Shown: in pieces, positions 1 to 10,395 of the stretch | Layout of the letters: each line of letters begins with the position of its first letter | How positions within the stretch are numbered: position 1 is the first letter of the stretch | Assembly: GCA_013265495.1 (NCBI GenBank) | Contig: MU058221.1 | Location: forward strand, 2,914,001-2,978,000 | From: Vicugna vicugna | Taxonomy: Eukaryota | Reading direction: 5' to 3' | DNA: 64,000 nt | Made by a program: the position numbers and the translations under genes | The notes under the pieces: model-generated | The model's database searches: none | What the model saw: the letters and a program-made list of their open reading frames with translations, nothing else | Told to the model about the DNA's origin: nothing

Positions 1-52
1 CTGAACTATTATGCTGTACACCAGAAATTGACACATCGTACCTTAAAAAAAA
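1..52 (+). mobile_element. L1 3' tail fragment (camelid-type), cut by window edge
   Basis: ttatgctgtacaccagaaattgacacat...A-tail; the same motif recurs in the other L1 tails in this window. Confidence 0.8.
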
Positions 53-304
53 GTGCACGGGGAGAACTCGCTGTCCCTGACTCCGGGCACTGTCTGATGC
101 TACAAGGCTTAACGCGTCATCCAGGAGAGAAGCGGCCTAGGATTCAGCCGCGGTTGACTCGTCTTCCGACGTTGCTCACTGTACGAGACTTATCGGTACA
201 CATACGAGATGCAGAGTTCAGTTTTCTGAGGCGAGGCTGAAATTCCCGAACGGCGTGACCTTCTGCACTGGGCAAAACACGCTCACGTGCTTGTCCCACT
301 GATT

Positions 305-365
305 CTTCACACCCCTTTGAAAGGTCAGCTTATTTAACCCCATTTACAGATGGAAATACTGAGAG
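305..365 (-). mobile_element. MIR SINE core fragment
   Basis: ccccatttacagatggaaatactgagagg resembles the antisense MIR core. Confidence 0.6.
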
Positions 366-1162
366 GTGGATGGAAGGACTGTAAAAGCCCCAGTATGACA
401 TGGTCTACAAAAGGCTGTGTCTGGAAGAAAAGAGGCCTTTAACTTCAAAGTCGAACTGGATGCCATTCAAGGTATAAAGTAGTTACTTAGAAACTGAAAA
501 TCCCGGGGAACACCTTATTTTCATTAGTATGACCCCCCCAAGAAAACTTCACCTTTTTATCCCTGCAGTTCAATAGAATTGTGACCACACAGTCCCCCTT
601 GTCCTATTTGAAAAAAGCAAGAGGTGAGGGGAAGGGAGGCAGGACCTTAACACGGATCCAGCTGGCCACGTTTCAGATACCCACAGTGGGCTCACTTCCG
701 CTGCAAACAACTCTTCTCTCATGATGTTACTTCTGTCTTTAAGACATTTCGTCAGTTTTGCCTCCTGCATCAGAGCCTCACCGCCCTCCCTGGCCTGCGA
801 GGTTACCCTAAGCGTCTTCCCTCCTGCCTGTCACCGTTGGATCTCAACACACATCCTCCTGAAGTCAGACCACTTCTCGTGCCATCACTTCCTTCTGCCC
901 GACCCATGCCTGTCTCCCTCCACTCAAGTCGTGCCCACACTTCGTGGTCCTGCGGACACTCCCCTTGCCCTGCTCCCAAAGAATCCCACTGCTCCCAGCC
1001 TCAGGGACACCTTCCTTTTCCCAAACTGTTACCGACGTGTATTGGTTTGCAATCAATTTAGGGGAAGGGATAGATTTTCCAAGTGCTTGGCAGCTTGCTA
1101 CACGCAATGCAATTGCACAAAACACATCTCGGCTGTTTGCAGGCAGAGAAATGAGGAGGGAC

Positions 1163-1463
1163 CACCTGCTGCAGGTCTAAGCCTTTGTTTCTTCATCCAG
1201 GAGACCATTAACCAACTCTGCGTATGGCTCTGGGCCCTGAGTGAAGGAAAGCGCCAAGAGGAGATTCCTGAGGGCCCCAGTGTCAAACATATTATGCATT
1301 TGCAATCACAGAAGAATGTATGAGAACTCTCTTCCAAGGTGCAAAACACTCGTTCTTCACCTGCCGAGAGAGAGCACCGCCTACGTATTTCTTGGGTTAG
1401 GTTTCAGATTTCCCATTGAGATGGATTCTATGGGAGATCCTAGAGGCTGAAAATAGAAAACTG
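1163..1463 (+). repeat. 301-bp inverted repeat, arm 1 (donor copy)
   Basis: Reverse complement of 3707-4007; ORF translations 1241..1450(+) and 3720..3929(-) are identical. Confidence 0.97.
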
Positions 1464-1532
1464 GGATTGTCTCCCGAGCACCTGAGGCCGAAGGGAAGGG
1501 TAACCACTTTGTGTGACTGGAGTGCAAATGAA

Positions 1533-1544
1533 GGGAAATTCCCC
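1533..1544. promoter_or_regulatory. Candidate NF-kB site GGGAAATTCCCC
   Basis: Exact match to the kB consensus GGGRNWYYCC on both strands; motif only. Confidence 0.35.
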
Positions 1545-2243
1545 TGGAGCTGTCTGGGGTGTGGGCCTGGCCTCCGCTCTGCCCTGCAGCATCTCCCAGG
1601 AGCTGCTCTGGAGAGCTGTCTTGAAATAACTTGGAAGCAGCTCCCAGTTTGGGTCAGCTCTATCGGGAAGACAGACAGGAAGAGAAACAGCCGTGGAGCT
1701 GAATGGGTTACTGAATTAGGAATTTGGAAAGGGGTCGGGGATGGGCAAGGCAGAAAAAGGGCTGTTTCTTAAAGGAGGGAGCAGAAGATCCGGAGCAGGG
1801 CTGAGGATGGTCTTTGTGCCAGGGCTGCCGGCTGCCGGCTGACTTCTTTGCTGATGGAAGGATGGCTGTCAGTAAGCCCATCTCAGGCACTGCAGATAAA
1901 GCCATGAACCACGGTGTTGCTCGCAGGCCAGGGAAGGCTTTGCTGGGGGTGAGCCAGACGGGTGGGAAGGGAAAATGACGGGAAGCCAAGAACTCTCAAA
2001 TGAGGAAGCAGCCTCAAGCCAACAAAACCAGACCTCACTCTGTAAGGGCAAAGGTGACAGGGGGATGACCAGCCACTCCACACATTATAATTCACAACTA
2101 CTGTGTCCCACGCGGGGTTTGTCAGATGCTGGGACAAATACGGTGAGTTGACGAGACCATGAGACCCCGCTCTCCCAGGAATTCATGTCTGAGGGAGGCC
2201 TGAGTAGGAAAGGATTGAGAGATTAGTCCAGAGATCCAGAGGG

Positions 2244-2272
<29 letters not shown>
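2244..2272 (+). repeat. A29 tract flanked by a 7-bp direct repeat (ccagagg)
   Basis: ccagagg(2236-2242) g A29 ccagagg(2273-2279). Confidence 0.85.
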
Positions 2273-2274
<2 letters not shown>

Positions 2275-2463
2275 AGAGGTCTGAAGAGATGCCCTGTTTG
2301 TCTCTACAACTTGATGCTGAATGCGGAATGCCTTGAGAGTAGGTAGGCACACCCAGGTGCCTTTGTTCCAAGCCCTTCTTGACTCCTTGAACCGCTGAGT
2401 TTCCTGAAATGCTTTCCGTTACCGAAAGCACTTGGGTTTGCAACGCCTGCACGGACCCTAGTG

Positions 2464-2575
2464 TTACGGGTGGGGAAACTGAGGATGCGAGAGGTTAAGG
2501 GATTTACGTCTGTTTCCACACCACGCAGAGGCCGGACGAGGAGCTGGGCTTCCTGACTCCGAGTCGAGCACACAC
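2464..2575 (-). mobile_element. MIR SINE fragment
   Basis: ttacgggtggggaaactgagg...agaggttaag...cctgactcc matches the antisense MIR core. Confidence 0.6.
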
Positions 2576-3555
2576 GCCAGGCTGTCTGAGTTCTGCGAGA
2601 CCACGGAGAGTGGGCTGAGTCCCCTTTGACTCTCCTGTCTGAGTTTCAGAGCAAAGCATGGCTGCCGTCTACTGCACTGGTCACTCAATGGCCCTCCTCC
2701 TGCGTCGGCCACTTCTTTTCCCCTTTTCCCAGGTGACTCAGACGAGCAGTCTCAGACAGGCTTTAGAATGTTGGGAGCAAACCGAGATGGACAGCTCCAA
2801 AAATCAATTACTGTTTCAGCTCCACGGAAAAGTGGCAGCACGATGGTGACAGCTGCTCAGATCTGTTCCTTCTCCCCCACCCTGGAAATAAATTCTTATC
2901 CTGGCTCGGGTCCCGTCTGCTCTTTAGCCTTCATCTCTGGGTCATCGCCTTGATACAGACGAGGGAAACAGCCGCCCTTCCGCCCAACCTCATCACCCAG
3001 AAGCCGTCAGCACATAATGATTTTCAGTTGTAACTAACCGAGTTGAGAGCATTGTTTTAATTGTTATTGAATAACTGTAAATTATGCAGGGCCACAGAGA
3101 AGACAGGAGGCAATGGGGATGGGAATTGTACTTCTGTTCAGAGGCATAAATTTAGGACTATGGCAATTGTACTGTGACTCCAAAAACAGAATTTATGGTG
3201 TTTATATATATATATACTGGGAAAACTTCTAGACTAGACTGCATTTTCTTTCTAATAGTAGGTTTAGTTTGTTCTCTATAGAAAAATGACAGGGCAATAA
3301 AAGAGGTCCTTGCTTTACGACACCAGAATATTTTAGATAAGACTCGGCACCGAAACTTCATTGGTTTTATGCTGGTAGAAACAGAGAGAAGAAATGGAAT
3401 GGTCGTGTCACAGCCCCCAACCAACTCAGTCATAGTCTGAGAAACAAAAAAGAGAAGAAACCAGGATACCATTGTGTTAGAAAAATCAACCAGCCTTTCC
3501 TTCATTCATTGTCTGCCATGTGCGAAACTCAGGGCCACATTCTTTGGGACATTCA

Positions 3556-4083
3556 TATTAGCTACTATATGTATATAGAGAGATATATATCCAGATAGAT
3601 AGATTGATAGATAGATAAAAAACAAATTTCTTCTGTGTAGCATGGGGAACTATATTCAATACCTTGTAATAAACTTTATGAAAAATAATGTGAAAATAAA
3701 TAGATGCAGTTTTCTATTTTCAGCCTCTAGGATCTCCCATAGAATCCATCTCAATGGGAAATCTGAAACCTAACCCAAGAAATACGTAGGCGGTGCTCTC
3801 TCTCGGCAGGTGAAGAACGAGTGTTTTGCACCTTGGAAGAGAGTTCTCATACATTCTTCTGTGATTGCAAATGCATAATATGTTTGACACTGGGGCCCTC
3901 AGGAATCTCCTCTTGGCGCTTTCCTTCACTCAGGGCCCAGAGCCATACGCAGAGTTGGTTAATGGTCTCCTGGATGAAGAAACAAAGGCTTAGACCTGCA
4001 GCAGGTGCATAATTAGGACATTGTGCTATATACCAGAAATTGACACATGGTAACTGACTACATTTCAATTAAAAAAAAAAAAA
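3556..4083 (+). mobile_element. L1 3' tail, interrupted by a 301-bp insertion
   Basis: aacaaatttcttctgtgtagcat...gaactatattcaat (3620-3706) and ggacattgtgctatataccagaaattgacac...poly(A) (4008-4083) align colinearly with the tail at 38200-38410. Confidence 0.9.
3707..4007 (-). repeat. 301-bp inverted repeat, arm 2 (inserted copy)
   Basis: Reverse complement of 1163-1463, sitting inside an L1 tail. Confidence 0.97.
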
Positions 4084-4841
4084 ACCCTGGTCCTGTACTG
4101 TATGTCATTTAGTTTGGAAAACAGAAGAGACGTTTTGAATCAAAGACTAGGTCATGTGGTTCAAACAAATTACATGACTCTGAAGAAGGGAAAGGCAAGG
4201 ATGAGTTGGAGCAATCCGGGAGAGTCTCTTGCACACGCTGGATGTGGAGAGAAGGTCTGAGCCTGTGGAGAGAAGCGGGGAAGGGATGGGGTCTCAGGAC
4301 ATGAGGTTGGTGCGAGATCACTGAGGTTGGAACAGTGGAAGGGACACCGAAGGGACTCCCTAGTCTGAAGCAGAGCGTCTCTGCTGGAATGTTGGTGACC
4401 GATGGCTGCCAGTCGCTGAAAGACAGAGCTGCTAAAGACTTGAGTCCTCATCCCGACTTCCCAATAGGGGTAACAGCCCCCTTTCAGGAACATAAAATAG
4501 GGCTGAAGAGGGAACCAGCGAGGTGGACTACTTCCCCACAAATCTGTCCGGCTGTCTGACTGATGACCTCTAAGGTCCTCTAACCAAGAGCCACACCTTT
4601 CCTTCCACCATAAGAAATGAGGTTTCAAATGCCAAGGAGCTGGACAGAGGGAACATTGGGATGGGCAGCCACTGAATGATAAGTGACCGATGGCCAAGGC
4701 TCTTCTGAGAAGACGGTTGGGTGAGCGGAGAGGCAAAGAGGGTGTGTGATGCCTGGAGATGACAGGGGAAGTGACACATTTTGGTGGTGTGGGTCGTGAA
4801 GAGTAAGAAAGGACACGCAAAGGGAGGCCTCCTGATGTCTC

Positions 4842-5035
4842 AGAGCAAGGCTCTGAGGTTCAGGTAGACCTGAGTTTAACTCCTGGCTGCCAACTTCTGG
4901 GGATCAGAAAGTACTCAGCTTTCAAACAAAGATGGCAAAATTTCTGTTAGATTAGAGAATTAGAGAGCATGTAAGGAAAACATTTGGTACAGTGCCTGGC
5001 CCCAACAGGCACTGAATAAATGGTAGTAATTATTA
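4842..5035 (+). mobile_element. MIR SINE
   Basis: agagcaaggctctgagg...agacctgagttt...cagtgcctggc...aataaatggtag matches the MIR head and tail. Confidence 0.65.
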
Positions 5036-5239
5036 ATCTAAAGAAAAATATAGGAACATCACAAAGGAACTTAACCAGCTTGACAATTTTGACAACATTA
5101 GCACTGATAAAAGAGGAACTGGGGCTCAGTTGAGAAATTACTGAAAGTCTCCTCTTATTCTTCACCTAATGCTTCCCAACTGGTGTGAAGTCACGTCAGG
5201 GCCTCGTACGCAGGGCTGTGAGATGCACCTGCTGTTTTT

Positions 5240-5660
5240 AATCTACCTAGAACCCATTTCCTTTTTTTTTTTTCGGTAACTGTGCCTCAGTCATCCTTCG
5301 AGAAAGCATCTCACTCTACGATTAGTTCACAGAGCTTGTGTGGAGTTGAGCCTAAGTCCCAGCAGCAGGGTGGGTTGTTGATTCAGGCATAAAAAGTCAG
5401 AATTGTCCATCCTCTGCACCCCCCCACAACTACTCTCCTACCCCCAGAAATTTAATTGTCACTCACCAATCAATCCAATCAGAGCAAGTCAAATGTCTTA
5501 CAACTACTGGGAAAAGAAGCTGTCTTTCTACGGGGCTCGCGGTGGGAACAGGCGGAAAGCTGAGCGCCGGCTACCTAATGCGAAGAACCTGCCAGAACGA
5601 AGCCACCCAGAGGACAGCAGAGACGAGAGCGACGAGAGAGGAAGGGTCCTGATGTGAGCA
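5240..5660 (+). mobile_element. Old MaLR LTR (MLT1J/K-like)
   Basis: ccaatcagag...gaagccacccagaggacagcagag...gagagag...gtcctgatg motif series. Confidence 0.45.
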
Positions 5661-5699
5661 AAGCAAATGGGCCGGGCTCATCTGAGGGCTCTGGGTATC

Positions 5700-5868
5700 A
5701 ACTTCACTCAAATCTTTCAGAAAACTCTATGAGAACGTCACCAGTCATATCTCCATTTTAGAGGAAAGTCAAACAGTGACTCACTGAGAGACTAAGTTGC
5801 TTCGAGTTACACAGCAAGGAGGTACCAGTTCTGGGATTTAATCCCAGGCCATCTGGCTTCAGAGCTTG
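5700..5868 (-). mobile_element. MIR SINE
   Basis: aactctatgag...ccattttagaggaa...ttacacagc...gggatttaatcccaggccatctggcttcagagc. Confidence 0.65.
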
Positions 5869-8800
5869 CCTCGATCCGTGCTGTGCTGTCTTTTCAAGTG
5901 ATGTTTCAGTTTCTGGGTTCCCTGTACTTTTCAGCTATGCAGCCAACACATTTGCTTTTTGTGCTAAGCCAGGAGGATTCTGCCACCGGCGCTCAAAGGA
6001 GCGCCAAGGGGTTCACTTGCACACTCAGCGCACGCCCCGCCCTCCCCAGGGTCCCAGTCCTAGCCCAGACCCTTCTTTTCAGCTGCGGAGATCACAGCCC
6101 AAACGTACAGACTTTCATTCAGTCCTCCGCATTCTGGGACGAACATGTGTTTCAATCTTATTTCCAGTCCTCCTCTCCAAAAATTTCCTCCTGGCTGCTT
6201 GTTACCGATCTCTCAAGCCTGCAGCTGAGCTCAGTACCTCCTGCAAGTCCATTGACACCTCTGATCCCATCTCGTTAGGGGAGAAGTCTAAAGCAGTATT
6301 TTACAATTTCTAGAAAAATCCATCTCTGCTTCAAAAAGTGTCGTACCCTCCTCCACTTTGTTTTTTCTCCTCTTGCCAATGGGAGTGAGTCTGCAGCCTT
6401 CTCCCCCTACCCCAGTGTTCCTTGTTAGCCTTCAGGCAGTACTGAAATATTTCAAACAGGGTTTCCTTGGAGCCATTTCCTCCTCCCTTCTCTCTTCGCC
6501 CCTGGTCCAAGGCGTTCAGCTGTGCTCCCAGCTCTGGGGGGTGGTTTGGATGCATCAAACTGAAATCTCTGGGACTGAGATTTCTTGAGTGTTCATGGCT
6601 CTCCAATTGACCGCATGGATTTGTTTGAGACTTTGTCCTGCCTCAGAGGGATGGAATCTGTTAGCTACGGACACCTGAACTGCCTTCCCACCCTGTGTGC
6701 CCTAAATTGACCCCCAAATCCTGGAAGGCTGAGCTTGTCCGCTGAGGTGCTGGTTATACCACTGCCAGGCGCTTCAGCCTCACTTGCAGATGGCTTGTCC
6801 ATTCCTTGCGGAGCCGATTCCATGATTTCCCCAAACAGATCAGCAAACATGCAAACTTCGACCACAGAACACCTTACAACTCCAGAGGATCGGACAACAG
6901 GCTGAGGAAGAAACAAATGCAACAACCCAAGAGTGTGTCATAGGGAAGACCTGGCTGTCCCGCACCCTGTTTCCGGGGAGCAACGGCTGCTGTTTCAGGT
7001 GACCGAGGAGGAGCACATTGGATCACCGCGACACCGGAATGGGACTTCTGCACAAGGCAGAGCAGAAGTCCACCGTGAACGCGACCCCCCTCCCCGAGGA
7101 TGAGCTACGGCAAGTTCCCTGCATCTTAGCAGTAGTGAGAGGCCCCCTGGGAAACTCAGTGGTGGCGAAGAGCCCAACGGTCACACCGCTGACTCTGCCC
7201 TTTGGTGGCGCCCACTGGACCACAGAGCCTCAGGTCAACAGTAGCTTGAGATGAAGACCAGAAGGCCCAGGGCTAGCTACTCGGTTCCAACTCCGGAGCC
7301 TACAAAGTGCTTGCAATTCTGGGGGAAAACGTGTAGAGTTAAGAATAGAACATATCCTCCCCCTTAGCATCCGCGGAACATAGGTCACTCATTTCTCCAG
7401 TGGGGGTCCTGTAACAGAGGGACTGCGCCTTTAGGCATTGCTTGAACAACCCTAACACACCAATGGGACTTTGTCTTGAACTCATGTCACAAGAATGGAA
7501 AGAGAACTTACGTATCTTGAATGTTTCCACTCTACCCTGAGTCATGAGTCTTAAAAAGAAGTATATATTTCTTTTCATTTCAAAGATTTCTGTTGAGCTG
7601 GTCAGTTGCATTCTGTTGACTGTGAACTAGTTAATCAAATTTTCTAGTTCCCTGGTTCCATCACCAGAAGAAAAGTGATTTGTTTCTTTTCAGGTCGCTG
7701 CGTAAATAAATGTCCAGCCTCTTTCTGGGAACATCACTGCTTCATGCCATTTGGAGCTCTTGCCCCCAGCTGCACTGCCGCTTCCTGTCCAGTGGCCTTA
7801 TCCCTTTTCCCAGGGGCTTGGCCATCTCCAGGCACAGAGCTGCCGATTCAACAGTGATGCGTGTAGTTTCTGTTTTACTTCGTGATGTGGAAGTCACAAT
7901 ACATTCCACTCTTCCTGACTGTTATTTCTTTGATCCAAATATCCTGCTGGGATCTTTTAACTGTATGTTAATTCATCTCAGATCCAAACTCCCAGGACTT
8001 AGTGACAGGGCAGCCTTTTTGTTCTCCATAGAATGGGGACCGTCACCTATCTGCACCTGTGACTTAGATAATTAAGTAACTGAATGTTCCTTTCTGAGAA
8101 CACCTTACCGAGTCTCTTGATGTCTCCCCTCCGTTCCTCCTGAGTTACAATCTAAGTTCAGCCCTAGGAAAGAACTGTAGTTGCTTGGAGAGAAACAGAG
8201 TATAATTCCTGGGCTCTTTTGGACAAGAGTTTGCCAGGTTTACAAGCCCTATAATAAAGCATGTTATTTACCCACCTCATCTGATTAGAATATAGCGAGC
8301 GAAGGGAATGAAAAACTTATATGGAAGCCTAAATGCCATCGAGTTTATGATTTCCTCCGCAGGAAGAGAGTTAATCATTGGAAGAGACTCCTACTGTCTC
8401 TAGTGTGCATTAGAACCAAGGTTAGACTTCCTTAGGTCAAGAATAACTTTGAAAAAAGCACGGGCGTCACTCTTATTTCCTCACTTTGGGAATTTAATGA
8501 AGAACATTAAAAAATATAAAACATAGACGAGTTAGCTTCACTTCCCGCCAATTTTTTTCTAGTGATAAGCAATAATTGTACAGCTTATGTACAACCGATT
8601 GTGTCCCATTTCTTCTAAACATGTGGTTTGTCTTCTCTTTTTATCATAATGGGTGACTCCAGACAATTTGCAGTGCTTTGGGAGAGGGCTCAACCAAAAC
8701 TTTGGTTTGGGTTGGTTTCAACCCAAAACTGTTTGCAACTACAAAGGAAGGAGCAACGGGCAGAGGCAGAAACAAACATGCTTAACAACAGCAGCGAAAA

Positions 8801-8959
8801 CAAAGCAAGATGTGTTCTGTGAAGTAAATGCTCTCAAGTTCAAGTCTTTCAGCGTCACCCATTTTTAAAAATCAGTGCGTTCAAATGCCCAGAGACCCTA
8901 GTCCCTCCACTCAGCACATCTTCACCTCCTGTCCTGTTTGCTCTCAGTGCGTGGAGGAA

Positions 8960-10050
8960 CACTTTCAACTTGACTTACCTTCTGTCTCGCTAATCCTCTC
9001 TTCAGCTGTATCCAGCCTGTTACCCAGTCCATCTACTGAGTTCTTAATTTAAGCTATTTTGTTTTCCAGTTGCAGAGTTAACTTCTATTCCATTCATTTT
9101 TTACAGATTCTAGTTCTTGCAAGAAAGTCTAAATGTTGGCCATCTATTATTTTTGAACATATTAGTCAAGATTAATTAAAATATGTCTCTAATAACACTA
9201 ATATCTGGGTTAACTAAGTTTCAGTTTCTGTTATTTGTTTTTTTTTCTCCCTCTTGGTCTATTTTTGGTAATTAATTTTATTGAATGTTGAATTTTATAT
9301 ATACATAAAATTCAATATATATAAATAAAAATATAAAATTTTACATATATATAAAATTGTAGTGCCTCAAGATGGTCTTAGTTTTTCTCCAGAGGGGCTT
9401 CATCCTGTCCTCTGGCAGGCAGCAGAGGGGCAGATCACCTTGCTGGAGTCAGGGACTTGAAATGCTCTGCAGTGTTTGTAAGACTTGTTACAATACTGTT
9501 TCTGCGGCATTTCTCAGGGACAGCCCTGCAGAGACACAAACTGAGAGCCTGCACTGTTACCTAGGGGTCTCCCTCTTTGCGGGCCCTGAGCCTCATTCCT
9601 GTCTCCCTGGATCTAAAAGACGGGAGGAACCTCCGCTCTGACACTCGGCCACTTTCTTCTCGGCTTCCGCAAAGCCCTGCAGGCCAGTTTCCTGAGGGGA
9701 CCCTGCGCCTCGTGTTAGGCTCGCTTCTTTGCGTCTCCCTCCCGCTGGGACCCGGATCCTTCAGTCCCGCCTGCTTTGGTGACCTTGACCATCAGTCTTC
9801 ACTTCTCAGCCCTGTGAGTTGTCCTAAAGCTCTGTTGGCTTCTCTGTGTCTCAGTAACTACTTTCTGCCTGGCTGGCCGGCCACTCTCCTCACGCCAAAA
9901 ATGAGCGAAGGCCCAGAAGAAAAAAAGCAGCCCTGTGATAACATTCCCTTCTCTCCGGGTCCTAGGCCGTCAAGTCCTGGCTGCCTCAGAGGCTCTCTGA
10001 GGCCTTTGGCCAGGTTTCTCTTAAATTTAATCTGGCTTCTATGGTTGACT
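8960..10050 (-). mobile_element. Ancient L1M 5'/ORF1 region remnant
   Basis: ctaatcctctcttcagctgtatccagcctgtt...ccatctactgagttcttaattt is typical antisense old L1 ORF1. Confidence 0.55.
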
Positions 10051-10264
10051 TTGGTTGGATAATTGACCTGCCACAAGTTTCTCATGACAGCCAGCGTTGA
10101 AGCCTCTTCATGGAATTCAGAAATACAGTTTGCAAAAGGAGTCAGAAAACAAGTGTTCACTTCCCAGGTATCCAATTATTTTGACCAAGACGATGTCTTT
10201 CAATTACAAGCTCAAATACCCCGGCTGCTTTAGCATATTGGCAAAAACCTTTTGCATAATTTTC

Positions 10265-10395
10265 CTTTTATTTATTTTTGAGGGGAGAGGTAACTAGGTT
10301 ATCTATTTATTTATTTATAATAGAGGTAATGGAGATTGACCCAAGAGCTCGTGCACACTAAGCACGTGCTCTACCGCTGAGCCACACCCTCCCCC
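10265..10395 (-). mobile_element. vic-1-type tRNA-derived camelid SINE
   Basis: The reverse strand reads ggggagggtgtggctcagcggtagagcacgtgcttag...; 17-bp TSD ccttttgca(t/c)aattttc at 10248-10264 and 10398-10414. Confidence 0.9.

Noticed and set aside
721..1323. 200-aa plus-strand ORF
   Set aside because: Pro/Ser/Cys/Leu-rich with no recognisable domain or exon context; expected by chance in GC-rich non-coding DNA.
1241..3929. Identical 69-aa ORFs on opposite strands, read as a duplicated gene pair
   Set aside because: They are a by-product of the 301-bp inverted duplication; GTG start and no homology recognised.
1163..4007. Inverted arms read as terminal inverted repeats of a DNA transposon, or as scars of a staggered-break inversion
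   Set aside because: There is no TSD outside the arms and no transposase. The L1 tail is colinear across arm 2, showing a simple insertion with an uninverted spacer.
4170..4820. 216-aa minus-strand ORF
   Set aside because: No recognisable protein similarity, non-ATG start, and composition typical of random open frames.
5900..7300. Possible processed pseudogene in a GC-rich unique block
   Set aside because: Manual translation gave no recognisable protein, and there is no poly(A) or TSD; BLASTX would be needed to exclude it fully.
9288..9360. AT-rich palindromes (ttgaattttat...ataaaattcaa)
   Set aside because: Low-complexity TA expansion inside an old L1; self-complementarity is expected.
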